Positions 46,655 through 56,074 of a stretch of DNA of 64,000 nucleotides are shown here, piece after piece (within the stretch, counting starts at the first letter, position 1; each line of letters begins with the position of its first letter). Where the stretch lies: positions 259-64,258 of the forward strand of contig JADHVZ010000007.1 of assembly GCA_016783745.1 (NCBI GenBank), written 5' to 3'. The translations under genes were made by a program, and so were the position numbers. The DNA comes from Candidatus Omnitrophota bacterium (GTDB lineage: Bacteria; Omnitrophota; Gorgyraeia; JAHIPI01). The notes under the pieces were generated by a model. It did not search any database and was not told the DNA's origin. It worked only from the letters and a program-made list of their open reading frames with translations.

Positions 46655-48418
46655 TTAATCAAACTCGTGAAATATATTATACAACCTTTCAAACTGCACG
46701 ATGAAAGGGTCTTCCAGCTCTTCGAATTTAGCCATATAATCTCTGAATTCGTTGTCCACAACCCTCAAGTCTTTACCTATATATTCGATGAGCCAGTTTA
46801 TGTCCTCCTGGCCTTCGGCCTTCACCCCCGCCATTCTTTCCTGGTATTTCATAAACTCATCCGGATAACTATTCATCAAGAAAGTCACAAAGGCCCAGCT
46901 CTGGGCGTACATATATAACATTGACTCGTAGTAGACTCCCGGAAAACTTCCCATCCTATAAACAGTCAAGGCTTCAATGGGGTTTACCGCATTTTTCCTT
47001 ACTGCTTCCTGAAAGAGATAAAGCCATCGTTTGTTCCGGCTTCCTGTCGGATTGGTCTCACAATACGTCGCTATACCTTCGACAAGCCATGAATTCGCCG
47101 CCCTCATATCCGGCAGTTCACCTTTTCCTTTTATAGCTATGATCGATTTTACTATCTCCGCTTTTTTGGCGTAATCATCGGTTTCGAGAAATTCCTTTTT
47201 CTTTTTTATCAATCTCTCTTTGTCTCTTTCGACCTTTGAAAGCATTATGTTCTGAAGGCCCCAGCTAGAGAACATCTGATGGGTGAATTCATGCCGCAAT
47301 GTGGAAAGCGTCCCTTCCCTGTAAAGATTCTTATAGTAGCTGTATGCCTCCCAGTATTTATTTCTGATACCTTTCGCTTCTCCCTCGATAAAAATATCAT
47401 ATCTGTCGTCATACCTGTTTTCAGCCCTTTCCACTAATTCATCGATCTGCCTTCCGCTTTCGCCGACTAAAGCTTCAAACAATATCTCCGAAAACTCCTC
47501 CCCCAGAACATTAAAAAGATATAAGATCTTATCATCCGGCCGGAAATACCCCGCCACCATCCACCCGGGTACTCCGTCAGCTATGGCATACTCCACAAAA
47601 TCAATAAAGCTGTCAAAAATTACAACGTAGTTCTGCGCCTGGGGGGTTCTGTCCTTCAAGAGTCCGAAAAACTTGAAATATATGTTTGTATAGACGTTTC
47701 TCAGCACCTGGCTGCATTCATTGACCCATAAAATATTGGAGTCGGACACAATAGTGAAATTTCCGAACCGGTAAAATTCCATCTCAGGAAAAAATTTTTC
47801 CAAAGTAGACCGCGTCTTCCTGCTTTCATCGTTCTCGATCGGCTTAAAAATAAGATGCTCCACTTTAGAGCGCTTTACGTCCTGTTCTATGCTCCCTCCT
47901 TCGTCTACCAAATACAATAGCGTGATGTGATCTTCCTCCACATCCTTTATTACGGCGTCCAGCACCGCCCTGTTTGTCAATCTTACCACAATATCATTAT
48001 TAAAGGGCCAAAAATCGGATACCTCCTTGTCCGAAAGGACCCGTTTTTTACTTAATGCTTCTTTCGGGTCCCCTATACGGTCTAACTGGCTCGCGAATAT
48101 AACCGTCTCCTGGCCCTTCCAGTTTATCACATACTCCCCGCCCGATACCGCTACGAGATCACCTACCATAGAACTTCCGTCTTTGAAAAATAGGGCTACC
48201 TCATCCCCGACCGCGTAGTCTCCCGAGACTTTTTTCGCCGGCAGGGCTTTCTCCGCATCAGAAGACACAGCGGCCTTCCTTGTCTTTGGCCTTTGCAGGT
48301 CGGTCCTTCCGGTGGCCGAAAGCACCTTTGCCCTCAAAATCCCACCGGCCTTTACAGCCGCGAATATAACCGCCGCCAATACAATTATGAATATTATGAT
48401 GCCCTTTAAATTCTTCAT
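46655..48418 (-). CDS. Membrane-anchored zincin (DUF1570/peptidase MA-like)
   Basis: HEFTH and WLVEGIATY motifs; two small beta domains near the N-terminus. Confidence 0.7.
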   Translation of the reverse strand: MKNLKGIIIFIIVLAAVIFAAVKAGGILRAKVLSATGRTDLQRPKTRKAAVSSDAEKALPAKKVSGDYAVGDEVALFFKDGSSMVGDLVAVSGGEYVINWKGQETVIFASQLDRIGDPKEALSKKRVLSDKEVSDFWPFNNDIVVRLTNRAVLDAVIKDVEEDHITLLYLVDEGGSIEQDVKRSKVEHLIFKPIENDESRKTRSTLEKFFPEMEFYRFGNFTIVSDSNILWVNECSQVLRNVYTNIYFKFFGLLKDRTPQAQNYVVIFDSFIDFVEYAIADGVPGWMVAGYFRPDDKILYLFNVLGEEFSEILFEALVGESGRQIDELVERAENRYDDRYDIFIEGEAKGIRNKYWEAYSYYKNLYREGTLSTLRHEFTHQMFSSWGLQNIMLSKVERDKERLIKKKKEFLETDDYAKKAEIVKSIIAIKGKGELPDMRAANSWLVEGIATYCETNPTGSRNKRWLYLFQEAVRKNAVNPIEALTVYRMGSFPGVYYESMLYMYAQSWAFVTFLMNSYPDEFMKYQERMAGVKAEGQEDINWLIEYIGKDLRVVDNEFRDYMAKFEELEDPFIVQFERLYNIFHEFD

Positions 48419-48427
48419 ATTATAGCC

Positions 48428-49306
48428 TTAGTCCTTTGATATCGCGATATTCTCAAATTCCCTGTTTATATCCTTAAAAGGGGTTTCATAGATATCTTCG
48501 CAGGCCACTTTGAAATCCCGGCCCTTTGAGACCTCAAGCGCCAGCTCATAAAACTTTTCACGTCCGTAAGCCAGCACAAGGTGCCTGATAAGAAGCTCAC
48601 TCTCGTCATAAAACGCTATAACGTTTTCCGGAAGTTTTTTCATATAGATCATCTCATCAAGATCTATAAACTCATCCCTGGCTATCCGGTTGATCTTTCT
48701 TACCTTATACTCATTCCCTTTGAAGCGTACGGCCAGCGCGCGCGCACTCGCGTATTGGGCAAGCCCTTCGTTTAAGAAAAGCGGAATAGGCCCTTCTAAA
48801 AATCTAAACACAATAACGTGTGAGATCTCATGCGCTATAGTCTTCATCGGAGCCAGCCAGTAAGGGCTTGGATAGATATAAAGCTCCCAGCCGTTAGTAA
48901 AAGCCCCTGCGCCGGAGATAAAGCTTATTCTATCTTTAAAGGCATTCCAGTTTTCATCACTCGAAAATATAAAAATATGGCTTTTTTTCTTCCAGTTGTC
49001 ATCATCCACACCAAAAAAAATTTTGACCCACTTATAGTAATACTCGGCTTTCAGGTAGATGATCTCGGCCTTTTCTTCATCCATGAAATGATAGACAAAA
49101 TGATCCGTCTCGGCGTGTTTCCAATCCTTCTCGTATAAAGAGAGGGCTGCCCTGCCCTTAGGCGAGACGTCTGTATCGGATATGTTTCTCAGGCTTACGG
49201 CAGGAATGGATCCGGGCTCAGCGCACGGAGCGGGAATAAAAGCGGCGCCGAAGGAGGCGCATAAAAACACGATCATGATCACTTTGGCCGGATCTATGAT
49301 ATTCAT
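48428..49306 (-). CDS. Exported peptidase MA-like zincin
   Basis: Signal peptide; HEISH and FLNEGLAQY motifs. Confidence 0.75.
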   Translation of the reverse strand: MNIIDPAKVIMIVFLCASFGAAFIPAPCAEPGSIPAVSLRNISDTDVSPKGRAALSLYEKDWKHAETDHFVYHFMDEEKAEIIYLKAEYYYKWVKIFFGVDDDNWKKKSHIFIFSSDENWNAFKDRISFISGAGAFTNGWELYIYPSPYWLAPMKTIAHEISHVIVFRFLEGPIPLFLNEGLAQYASARALAVRFKGNEYKVRKINRIARDEFIDLDEMIYMKKLPENVIAFYDESELLIRHLVLAYGREKFYELALEVSKGRDFKVACEDIYETPFKDINREFENIAISKD

Positions 49307-49456
49307 ACCAGTCTTCTTTTATGGGGTGATTAGAGTAATGTATATTATACAGCTTTTCAGAGGATTTTACAAGCGGGCCGGGCTTGGCGGTGAGAAATGA
49401 TCCCTCTCCATAACATGGTTACTTCAAGAACTTTCTTCGTCTAGCGGCCGACATAT

Positions 49457-50203
49457 TTAGTACCGCCTGCCTATACCTACTACAACTGATGTACCTGCCG
49501 ATGCAAATGTCTCTCCTGTTACCGGATCCGCTATAGTAAGGTCTATCGAATAAGAGCCCGGTTCTGTATAAGCGTGAGAAACACTGCTGCTTCCGCTGCT
49601 TGAGCTGCCGTCGCCAAAATTCCAGTAGTATTCTCCGGGGCCGTCATATGATGCTGAAAGTAGTACTCCAAGAAAGCTCCTTCCTCCCACCATGACTGAG
49701 ATCTCCGGATCATCGTAGTTTTTCTGGCCGTATCCGCTCTCACCGTAACCGCTCTGGCCGTATCCGCTCTCGCCATAGCCGCCCTGACCAGGGCCTACTG
49801 GTTCATAAACTCTGATCTCTACAGATGCAGTGTCGCTTCCATCAGGCCCTATTATTTCAAGCGTCGCGGTGTAATCTCCGGGTTCATCATACGTATAGGA
49901 TGCGCTTGTGCCTTGTCCATCCCTGAAAACACCGTTTCCGTCCAGGTCCCACGCGCGGATAATTATATTGCCTGTTGAATGGTCTGAGAACGAGACTGAA
50001 AGAGGCGCGTATCCGTCAGCCGGAAAAGCGGAGATGGCGGCGCCAAAGGCCTCAAGCACAGTGATCGCTTGTGATGCGGTGTCGCTTCCGTCAGGACCTA
50101 TTATTTCAAGCGTTACAGTGTACTCACCGGCTGCCTCATAACTGCAGCTCGCGTCCTGGCCATGACTCGGCCGTCCGCCGTTTCCAAAATACCATGAGCT
50201 CAT
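49457..50203 (-). pseudogene. C-terminal fragment of a PKD-repeat surface protein
   Basis: Starts inside a PKD domain (SSWYFGNG); about 2.5 PKD units; (Q/E)SGYG repeat. Confidence 0.75.
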
Positions 50204-50230
50204 GCGGAGGCTCTTCGATTCGGCTTCTTC

Positions 50231-50710
50231 GTGTCTGGCGAATTTTGCCCTACAGAAATTTGCTTTTAGTAATTAACACCTTGTAAGCAAATTTCTATTA
50301 GGACTAGTCCCATAAAAATTGCCTGTGCATTTCTGAATGTCGAGGCAATTTTTGTGGGGGTGGGGGCAAAATTCGCCAGACACTTTGCGTCCTCTTCCTC
50401 GCAAAAATCCTTTATTTTTTAGGCGGCCAATTTATCCCGAGCAGAGTCGAGGGAAAAATTTTTAAAAGGTGTTTGATTTTTGCTCGGTCAAGTCCGCCCC
50501 CGAAGGTAGAACTTCATAGAAGTTTCTCCATGCGGGGGAAGCCTCATCTCATGGACGCGTTGCGCTGCAGCGGAGCACCTGCAGTCACAGTACCTAAAGG
50601 TAGGCTTCGCGCTACATAAATGTAGCGCTCCGCACTCGGGCGGCTTCAGCCCGGAGTTTATCCGCCGTAGCCTTGGCGAAGGCGGAGGCTTCCGTAGCGC
50701 CCTTTGTGCG
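50231..50710. other. Highly structured non-coding region
   Basis: 20-bp perfect inverted repeat (50231-50250 with 50364-50383) enclosing two hairpins, followed by several more hairpins. Confidence 0.8.
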
Positions 50711-50827
50711 CCTGCTTTTCTCAAGAGGAATGCGATTGACAAAAGAGTATTTTTATGATATATATGAAATCGACAAAAAGATATAGCCGTCCCGTGTTTA
50801 AAGGGGGAACCCGGACGTTAAAAAAGT

Positions 50828-50863
50828 AAAACCTTCGCAGGATAAGAATTGCGAAGGTTTTTT
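50828..50863 (+). terminator. Intrinsic terminator just upstream of radC
   Basis: AAAACCTTCGCA...TGCGAAGGTTTTTT. Confidence 0.75.
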
Positions 50864-50880
50864 AATTGTATAGGAGAATT

Positions 50881-51597
50881 ATGATAACTAAAGAAAGAGA
50901 GAAAGCGTTCGGGCAGTCTATTAAATCATGGCCGATAAGTGAACGTCCGCGCGAATTACTTCTGGACAATGGACCTGATTGTGTTTCTGATGCCGGGTTA
51001 ATTGCAATATTGTTGCGATCCGGCACGAAAGGCAAAGATGCTGTGTCACTTGCCAGAGACTTGATTAAGCATTTTGGCAGCTTGAGAGGGTTGTTATCTG
51101 CCAGGAAGGCAGATTTAGAAAAGATAAAGGGACTAGGCCAGGCAAAGATTGCGCAACTTATGGCAGTGATAGAAATTGCCAAACGCCAACTTAAAGAGGA
51201 AATTATCGGTAAGCCCTACATTGAGAACGAAAAAGATGTCATGGATTATTTATCTCTGACTATGCGCGATTTAAAAGAAGAGTTTTTCAAAGTGTCGTAC
51301 CTAAATAAAGCAAATATCATCATCTCAGTAGAAGATTTAGCCAAAGGGACTATAGATCAATCCTCTGTCTATCCGCGAGAAATCATAAAGAGGGCCCTGG
51401 AAATAGGGTCTTGCGCTATTGTTTGCGTCCATAATCACCCGTCAGGAAACTTAGAGCCCAGCAAATTTGATATAGAGGTTACTAAGAGGCTCACTTCTGC
51501 CTGTCAGGCTGTTGATATTACCCCTTTAGATCATATAATAGTATCTCCCCCGCGGTCAGTTAAGCTTAAAAAGCAGGGGTGTATTTTCAAATATTGA
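50881..51597 (+). CDS. radC: RadC/JAB-domain protein
   Basis: ERPRE, HhH GLGQAK, VYPREI, HNHPSG and LDHII motifs. Confidence 0.92.
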   Translation: MITKEREKAFGQSIKSWPISERPRELLLDNGPDCVSDAGLIAILLRSGTKGKDAVSLARDLIKHFGSLRGLLSARKADLEKIKGLGQAKIAQLMAVIEIAKRQLKEEIIGKPYIENEKDVMDYLSLTMRDLKEEFFKVSYLNKANIIISVEDLAKGTIDQSSVYPREIIKRALEIGSCAIVCVHNHPSGNLEPSKFDIEVTKRLTSACQAVDITPLDHIIVSPPRSVKLKKQGCIFKY

Positions 51598-51663
51598 AAA
51601 TACGTGATATTATAGTTTAACTTCAGTAAAAATGTAGATAAACTATAAAATATCAAATTTTAC

Positions 51664-51692
51664 TTGACAACAATGATTTTTTATTGTATACT
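51664..51692 (+). promoter_or_regulatory. hsdM operon promoter
   Basis: TTGACA-17 bp-TATACT. Confidence 0.7.
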
Positions 51693-51743
51693 TCTGTATC
51701 GGCAGCAGGAATAGTAATTCATACAATACACAGGAGAACAATC

Positions 51744-53231
51744 ATGGAAAGAGTAAATTTAGAAACCTTAAAATCTCACCTTTGGAAATCTGCTGATATT
51801 CTGAGAGGGCATATTGACGCGGCAGATTACAAAAACTATATTTTTGGACTTTTATTCTTAAAACGCATTTCCGACTGTTTTGATGAAGAAGTGGAAAATA
51901 TAATAAAGGAAACAGGCGCTGAGAGACGAGCACATGAAGATAGGGATTATCATGATTTCTTTGTGGATAAAAAAGCATATTGGAAGCACCTTAAATCACG
52001 CACACATGATATAGGCACGGCAATCAATACCGCAAATGATAAACTTGAAGAAGACAATCCGGAAACGTTAGAAGGAGTTTTAACTACAATTGACTTCAAT
52101 GATAAGGAGCGCCTGCCGGATAATATTCTTTCTCAGCTTATTGCCCATTTTTCCAGCATAAGATTAGGAAACAAAGATTTAGAAAAGCCGGATATTTTGG
52201 GCGACGCGTACGAATATTTAATAGCGCAATTTGCCTCAAGCGCCGGAAAAAAAGGAGGGGAATTTTATACACCTAAGGAAGTGGTTGAATTATTAGTGGA
52301 AATTTTAGACCCGCAAGAACGTATGAGAATATGCGATCCTGCCTGCGGCTCCGGTGGCATGCTGGTTCAATCTGTATATCATTTAAGAGAGAACAAGCAA
52401 AATCCTAAAAACATATCCCTTTACGGGCAAGAGATAAACGTAGGCACATGGGCAATTTGTAAAATGAATTTACTTCTGCATGGCCTGCGCAATGCGCAGA
52501 TAAAAAGATGCGATACACTAAGAGATCCTCATCCGCTCGTTAAAGGAAAGCTGATGCAGTTTGATATAGTGATTGCAAATCCACCTTTTTCCCTTAAAAA
52601 CTGGGGATATGAAAAGGCTCAGAATGATTCTTATGGAAGGTTTAGATTTGGTATACCTCCAAAAGGATATGGCGATTATGCCTTTGTCCAACATATGATA
52701 GCCGCCATTAAGCCCACGGGTAAAATTGGAGTTGTTTTGCCTCACGGCGCATTATTTCGCGGAGGCACAGAAGGAAAGATAAGAAAAGGCATAATAGAAG
52801 AGGATCTTATTGAGGCAGTAATAGGTTTACCTTCTAAGTTGTTTTATGGCGCCGGTATCCCGGCGTGCCTATTAATAATTAACAGAAATAAGCCAAAAAA
52901 CAGAGCTGGCAAGATATTTTTTGTCTATGGCGCAAATGATTACTTAGAAGGTAAAAAACAGAATAAACTGCGCAGGGAAGATGTTGAAAAAATAGTTTCA
53001 GCATTCAGGGGGCATAAGGAAATAGAAAAATACTCCAGGGCTGTTTCTCTTACTGAAATCCAGGAAAACGATTATAACCTTAACATCACAAGATACATTG
53101 ATGTTACCGAAGAAGAGGAAAAGATAGACATTCAAAAGACAATTGACGATTTAAAAGAGGCCAAAAAAGAATATAGGCGGTTTGAAGGCAAAGTTTTGGA
53201 TTTTTTAAAAGAATTAAACTACAAGGTATAA
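51744..53231 (+). CDS. hsdM: Type I RM methyltransferase subunit
   Basis: GEFYTP, DPACGSGG and NPPF (m6A) motifs; ATG at 51744 follows AGGAGA. Confidence 0.96.
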   Translation: MERVNLETLKSHLWKSADILRGHIDAADYKNYIFGLLFLKRISDCFDEEVENIIKETGAERRAHEDRDYHDFFVDKKAYWKHLKSRTHDIGTAINTANDKLEEDNPETLEGVLTTIDFNDKERLPDNILSQLIAHFSSIRLGNKDLEKPDILGDAYEYLIAQFASSAGKKGGEFYTPKEVVELLVEILDPQERMRICDPACGSGGMLVQSVYHLRENKQNPKNISLYGQEINVGTWAICKMNLLLHGLRNAQIKRCDTLRDPHPLVKGKLMQFDIVIANPPFSLKNWGYEKAQNDSYGRFRFGIPPKGYGDYAFVQHMIAAIKPTGKIGVVLPHGALFRGGTEGKIRKGIIEEDLIEAVIGLPSKLFYGAGIPACLLIINRNKPKNRAGKIFFVYGANDYLEGKKQNKLRREDVEKIVSAFRGHKEIEKYSRAVSLTEIQENDYNLNITRYIDVTEEEEKIDIQKTIDDLKEAKKEYRRFEGKVLDFLKELNYKV

Positions 53232-53234
53232 AAT

Positions 53235-53834
53235 ATGTTTGAAGGCAAAGAAAAAATAGAAAAAGTTTTTATGGCGCTTTCGGAACAGCTTGATGCTGAA
53301 GGCGTTATTCATCTTGAGATGGTTGTTTGCGGAGGCATAGCGTTGAATATGCTGGGATATATTAAGCGGACGACCAGGGATGTGGATGTTATTGCGTTTG
53401 TAGATAAAAACAAAGATGGCCTGACCGTTTTATCTAAGGCAATCCCTATGAAACCCGAGCTTATAAAGGCAGCAGAAAAAGTTAAAAGAGATTTTAATTT
53501 GCCTGATAACTGGCTTAATGCAGGGCCGGCATCAGTTATGGATTTTGGCCTACCGGACGGGCTTATGGACAGGGCTGAAACCCGTTCATACGGCAAAAAC
53601 CTCATTATTCATTTTTTATCAAGATACGACCAGATTCATTTTAAACTTCATGCGGCAGTTGACCAGGCAGGAGGCAAGCACTACGACGACCTTATGGAAC
53701 TGAAGCCGTCTGCTGAAGAGCTGGAAAAGGCCGCGCGCTGGAGCATCACCCATGATTCGTCACCGGGCTATAGACAGGTTTTGAAGGATTTCCTTAAACA
53801 GATGGGGCATGAAGATGTCGCGGGAAAGCTTTAA
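53235..53834 (+). CDS. Nucleotidyltransferase (DUF6036 / AbiEii-like)
   Basis: VCGGIAL...RTTRDVDV, WLNAGP, FKLHA and KHYDDL motifs. Confidence 0.8.
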   Translation: MFEGKEKIEKVFMALSEQLDAEGVIHLEMVVCGGIALNMLGYIKRTTRDVDVIAFVDKNKDGLTVLSKAIPMKPELIKAAEKVKRDFNLPDNWLNAGPASVMDFGLPDGLMDRAETRSYGKNLIIHFLSRYDQIHFKLHAAVDQAGGKHYDDLMELKPSAEELEKAARWSITHDSSPGYRQVLKDFLKQMGHEDVAGKL

Positions 53835-54861
53835 AAATTATTATCTGGATAACGTACTGGATTTTTTGTGGCGTCAATGGTCTGCATTAGGTGTCGCCGG
53901 CAGCGCCAGGCAGGAAGACAGCTGGGCAATTGACCCTGAGGCATTGATAGTTTTTTCTTTAGAATTCGCACGCTATGAACCACGTCTTTTCGATGAAATA
54001 CTCGATTGGTTGGTAACGAATGGGAAGTGGATTGACATCCAAAGGTTAAGAAGCATTTTAAAAACCAAGGGCGAAAAAATTCAGCGTTTGGCAAGTTCCG
54101 CAGCCGCGTTTATATCTTTACTTCCTGGTTCATATCAACGTAAATGGCGGGCGCTAAGCTTATTTAGAAAGGCCGATTCTAAAACTCAAATTGAGCCGCT
54201 TTTTTTTACTAAGACAGGAGAGCCTTATCTGAAATCGCGGACGAAATCGCAGGTTTTTACAGATTACGGTTTTTTGCGGGAATCTTTTGCCTTGCGGAGA
54301 ATGACAAAAACTACCTCTATATCCAGCAGCAGCAATATACGGTTTTTGTTAAGAGCGCTCTTTGGCATTGGCTCAAGGTCAGAATGTATACTCTACCTTT
54401 TAACCCATGAAGCGGGACACCCTTCTGAAATAGCAAAGGGAATCGGGATTTCTGTCAGGGGGACGCAAGATGCCTTAATTGAACTTGCAGAGTCAAGCCT
54501 GATTCTCACGCGTATCAAGGGAAAACGAAAGATCGAATACTGGCTTTCGCAGAAAAAATGGTGGGAATTCTTAAAGAATCAGCCTTTGAGTGATACAAAA
54601 CCGTCTCTTTGGGTTAACTGGATCGCAGTATTTAACGCGCTTTCAGGAGTTTGGAACGTATTAAAGGAAATAGAAGCGCCGGAGACTTCTGACTACATGA
54701 AAAGTTCCAAATTACACGAGGCAATGGAGGTCTTTATCGCAGGGGAATTTGAAAAAAGCGGCCTTGACATCCCACCTGCTCCGGGAAAAGATATAACCAT
54801 AGAAGAATATGCTAAAGCGTTTGAGGAATTTATCAAGAGAATTCTCGGGACCAATAAGTAA
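53815..54861 (+). CDS. Uncharacterised protein with internal winged HTH; putative partner of the NTase
   Basis: WRQWSALG and IDPEAL N-terminal domain; LRALFGIGSRSE...PSEIAKGIGISVRG HTH; overlaps the upstream gene. Confidence 0.65.
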   Translation: MSRESFKNYYLDNVLDFLWRQWSALGVAGSARQEDSWAIDPEALIVFSLEFARYEPRLFDEILDWLVTNGKWIDIQRLRSILKTKGEKIQRLASSAAAFISLLPGSYQRKWRALSLFRKADSKTQIEPLFFTKTGEPYLKSRTKSQVFTDYGFLRESFALRRMTKTTSISSSSNIRFLLRALFGIGSRSECILYLLTHEAGHPSEIAKGIGISVRGTQDALIELAESSLILTRIKGKRKIEYWLSQKKWWEFLKNQPLSDTKPSLWVNWIAVFNALSGVWNVLKEIEAPETSDYMKSSKLHEAMEVFIAGEFEKSGLDIPPAPGKDITIEEYAKAFEEFIKRILGTNK

Positions 54862-54863
54862 CC

Positions 54864-56072
54864 ATGGCGCAAATACAAAACCTAAAAACCGAAAACAAAT
54901 TCAAAAAGACCGAAATTGGCGATATTCCGGTTGATTGGGAAATAGCCGAGCTTGGTAAAATCACACAAATTGTAATGGGGCAATCTCCGCCATCATCGAC
55001 CTACTTTGATTATGAAAATGGAATACCATTTTTTCAGGGCAAGGCAGAGTTTGGAGTAAAATATCCAAAGATAACTAAGTGGTGTAATGAACCACGCAAA
55101 CTTGCAGAGAAGGACGATACTTTAATTAGTGTAAGAGCTCCAGTAGGTGATGTAAATATTGCGCCTGAGAAATGCTGTATTGGGAGAGGCCTTGCAGCCA
55201 TTAGAGGTGTTAGCGCTTATAATAATTTCATATATTTTGTGATGTTTTCAGCAAGAGATATTTTAGCAAAGATAGGGCAGGGCAGCACCTTCGAGGCAAT
55301 AAACAAGGATGTTCTATTCAAGTTAAAAGTAACCGTTCCCCCTATTCGCGAACAACAAAAAATCGCCAAAATCCTATCAACTGTCGATGATGCCATTGAC
55401 AAGAGCGGTAAAGTCACTGAAAAAACAAAACAGCTCAAAAGAGGCCTGATGCAGGAGCTCTTGTCCCATGGCATCGGGCATAAGAAATTTAAAAAGACAA
55501 AAATTGGCGAGATTCCCTCGCACTGGAAAGTAGCGAAGATTGAAAATTGTTGTGACATTCTTGACTCTCAACGCATTCCTTTAAATGACGTTACTAGGCG
55601 TGATATGAAAGGACCCTTTCCTTATTACGGTGCAAATGGGCTTTTAGATAGCGTAAACAAGTATATTTTTGATGATGACTTAATCTTGATGGCGGAAGAT
55701 GGAGGGTATTTTGATGAATATAAAACCAGACCTATTGCATATCTTGTAAACGGTAAATGCTGGGTGAATAATCATGCTCATGTTTTACGAGCAAAAAAAG
55801 AATACTGTCGCGAATGGATATATTATAGCATTGTCCATAAAAATATATTGCAGTACATTGGGGGTGGCACACGCGCGAAACTCAACCAAAAAGAATTAAG
55901 AGCTATCCCGATATTAGCGCCCCCATTATTCGAACAAAAACAAATTGCCGAGATTTTATCCTCAGTTGATGATAGAATAGAGAAAGAAAATGTGAATAAG
56001 GAATGGCTGGAAAAACTCAAAAAAGGTTTGATGCAAGTACTGCTAACAGGAAAAGTGAGAGTAAAGATATAA
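54864..56072 (+). CDS. hsdS: Type I RM specificity subunit
   Basis: Two TRDs separated by conserved EQQKIA...LKRGLMQ and IGxIPxxW repeats. Confidence 0.95.
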   Translation: MAQIQNLKTENKFKKTEIGDIPVDWEIAELGKITQIVMGQSPPSSTYFDYENGIPFFQGKAEFGVKYPKITKWCNEPRKLAEKDDTLISVRAPVGDVNIAPEKCCIGRGLAAIRGVSAYNNFIYFVMFSARDILAKIGQGSTFEAINKDVLFKLKVTVPPIREQQKIAKILSTVDDAIDKSGKVTEKTKQLKRGLMQELLSHGIGHKKFKKTKIGEIPSHWKVAKIENCCDILDSQRIPLNDVTRRDMKGPFPYYGANGLLDSVNKYIFDDDLILMAEDGGYFDEYKTRPIAYLVNGKCWVNNHAHVLRAKKEYCREWIYYSIVHKNILQYIGGGTRAKLNQKELRAIPILAPPLFEQKQIAEILSSVDDRIEKENVNKEWLEKLKKGLMQVLLTGKVRVKI

Positions 56073-56074
56073 TT

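Noticed and set aside
50488-50742. 84-aa minus-strand ORF
   Set aside because: It runs through stacked hairpins, has no RBS and lacks protein-like features.
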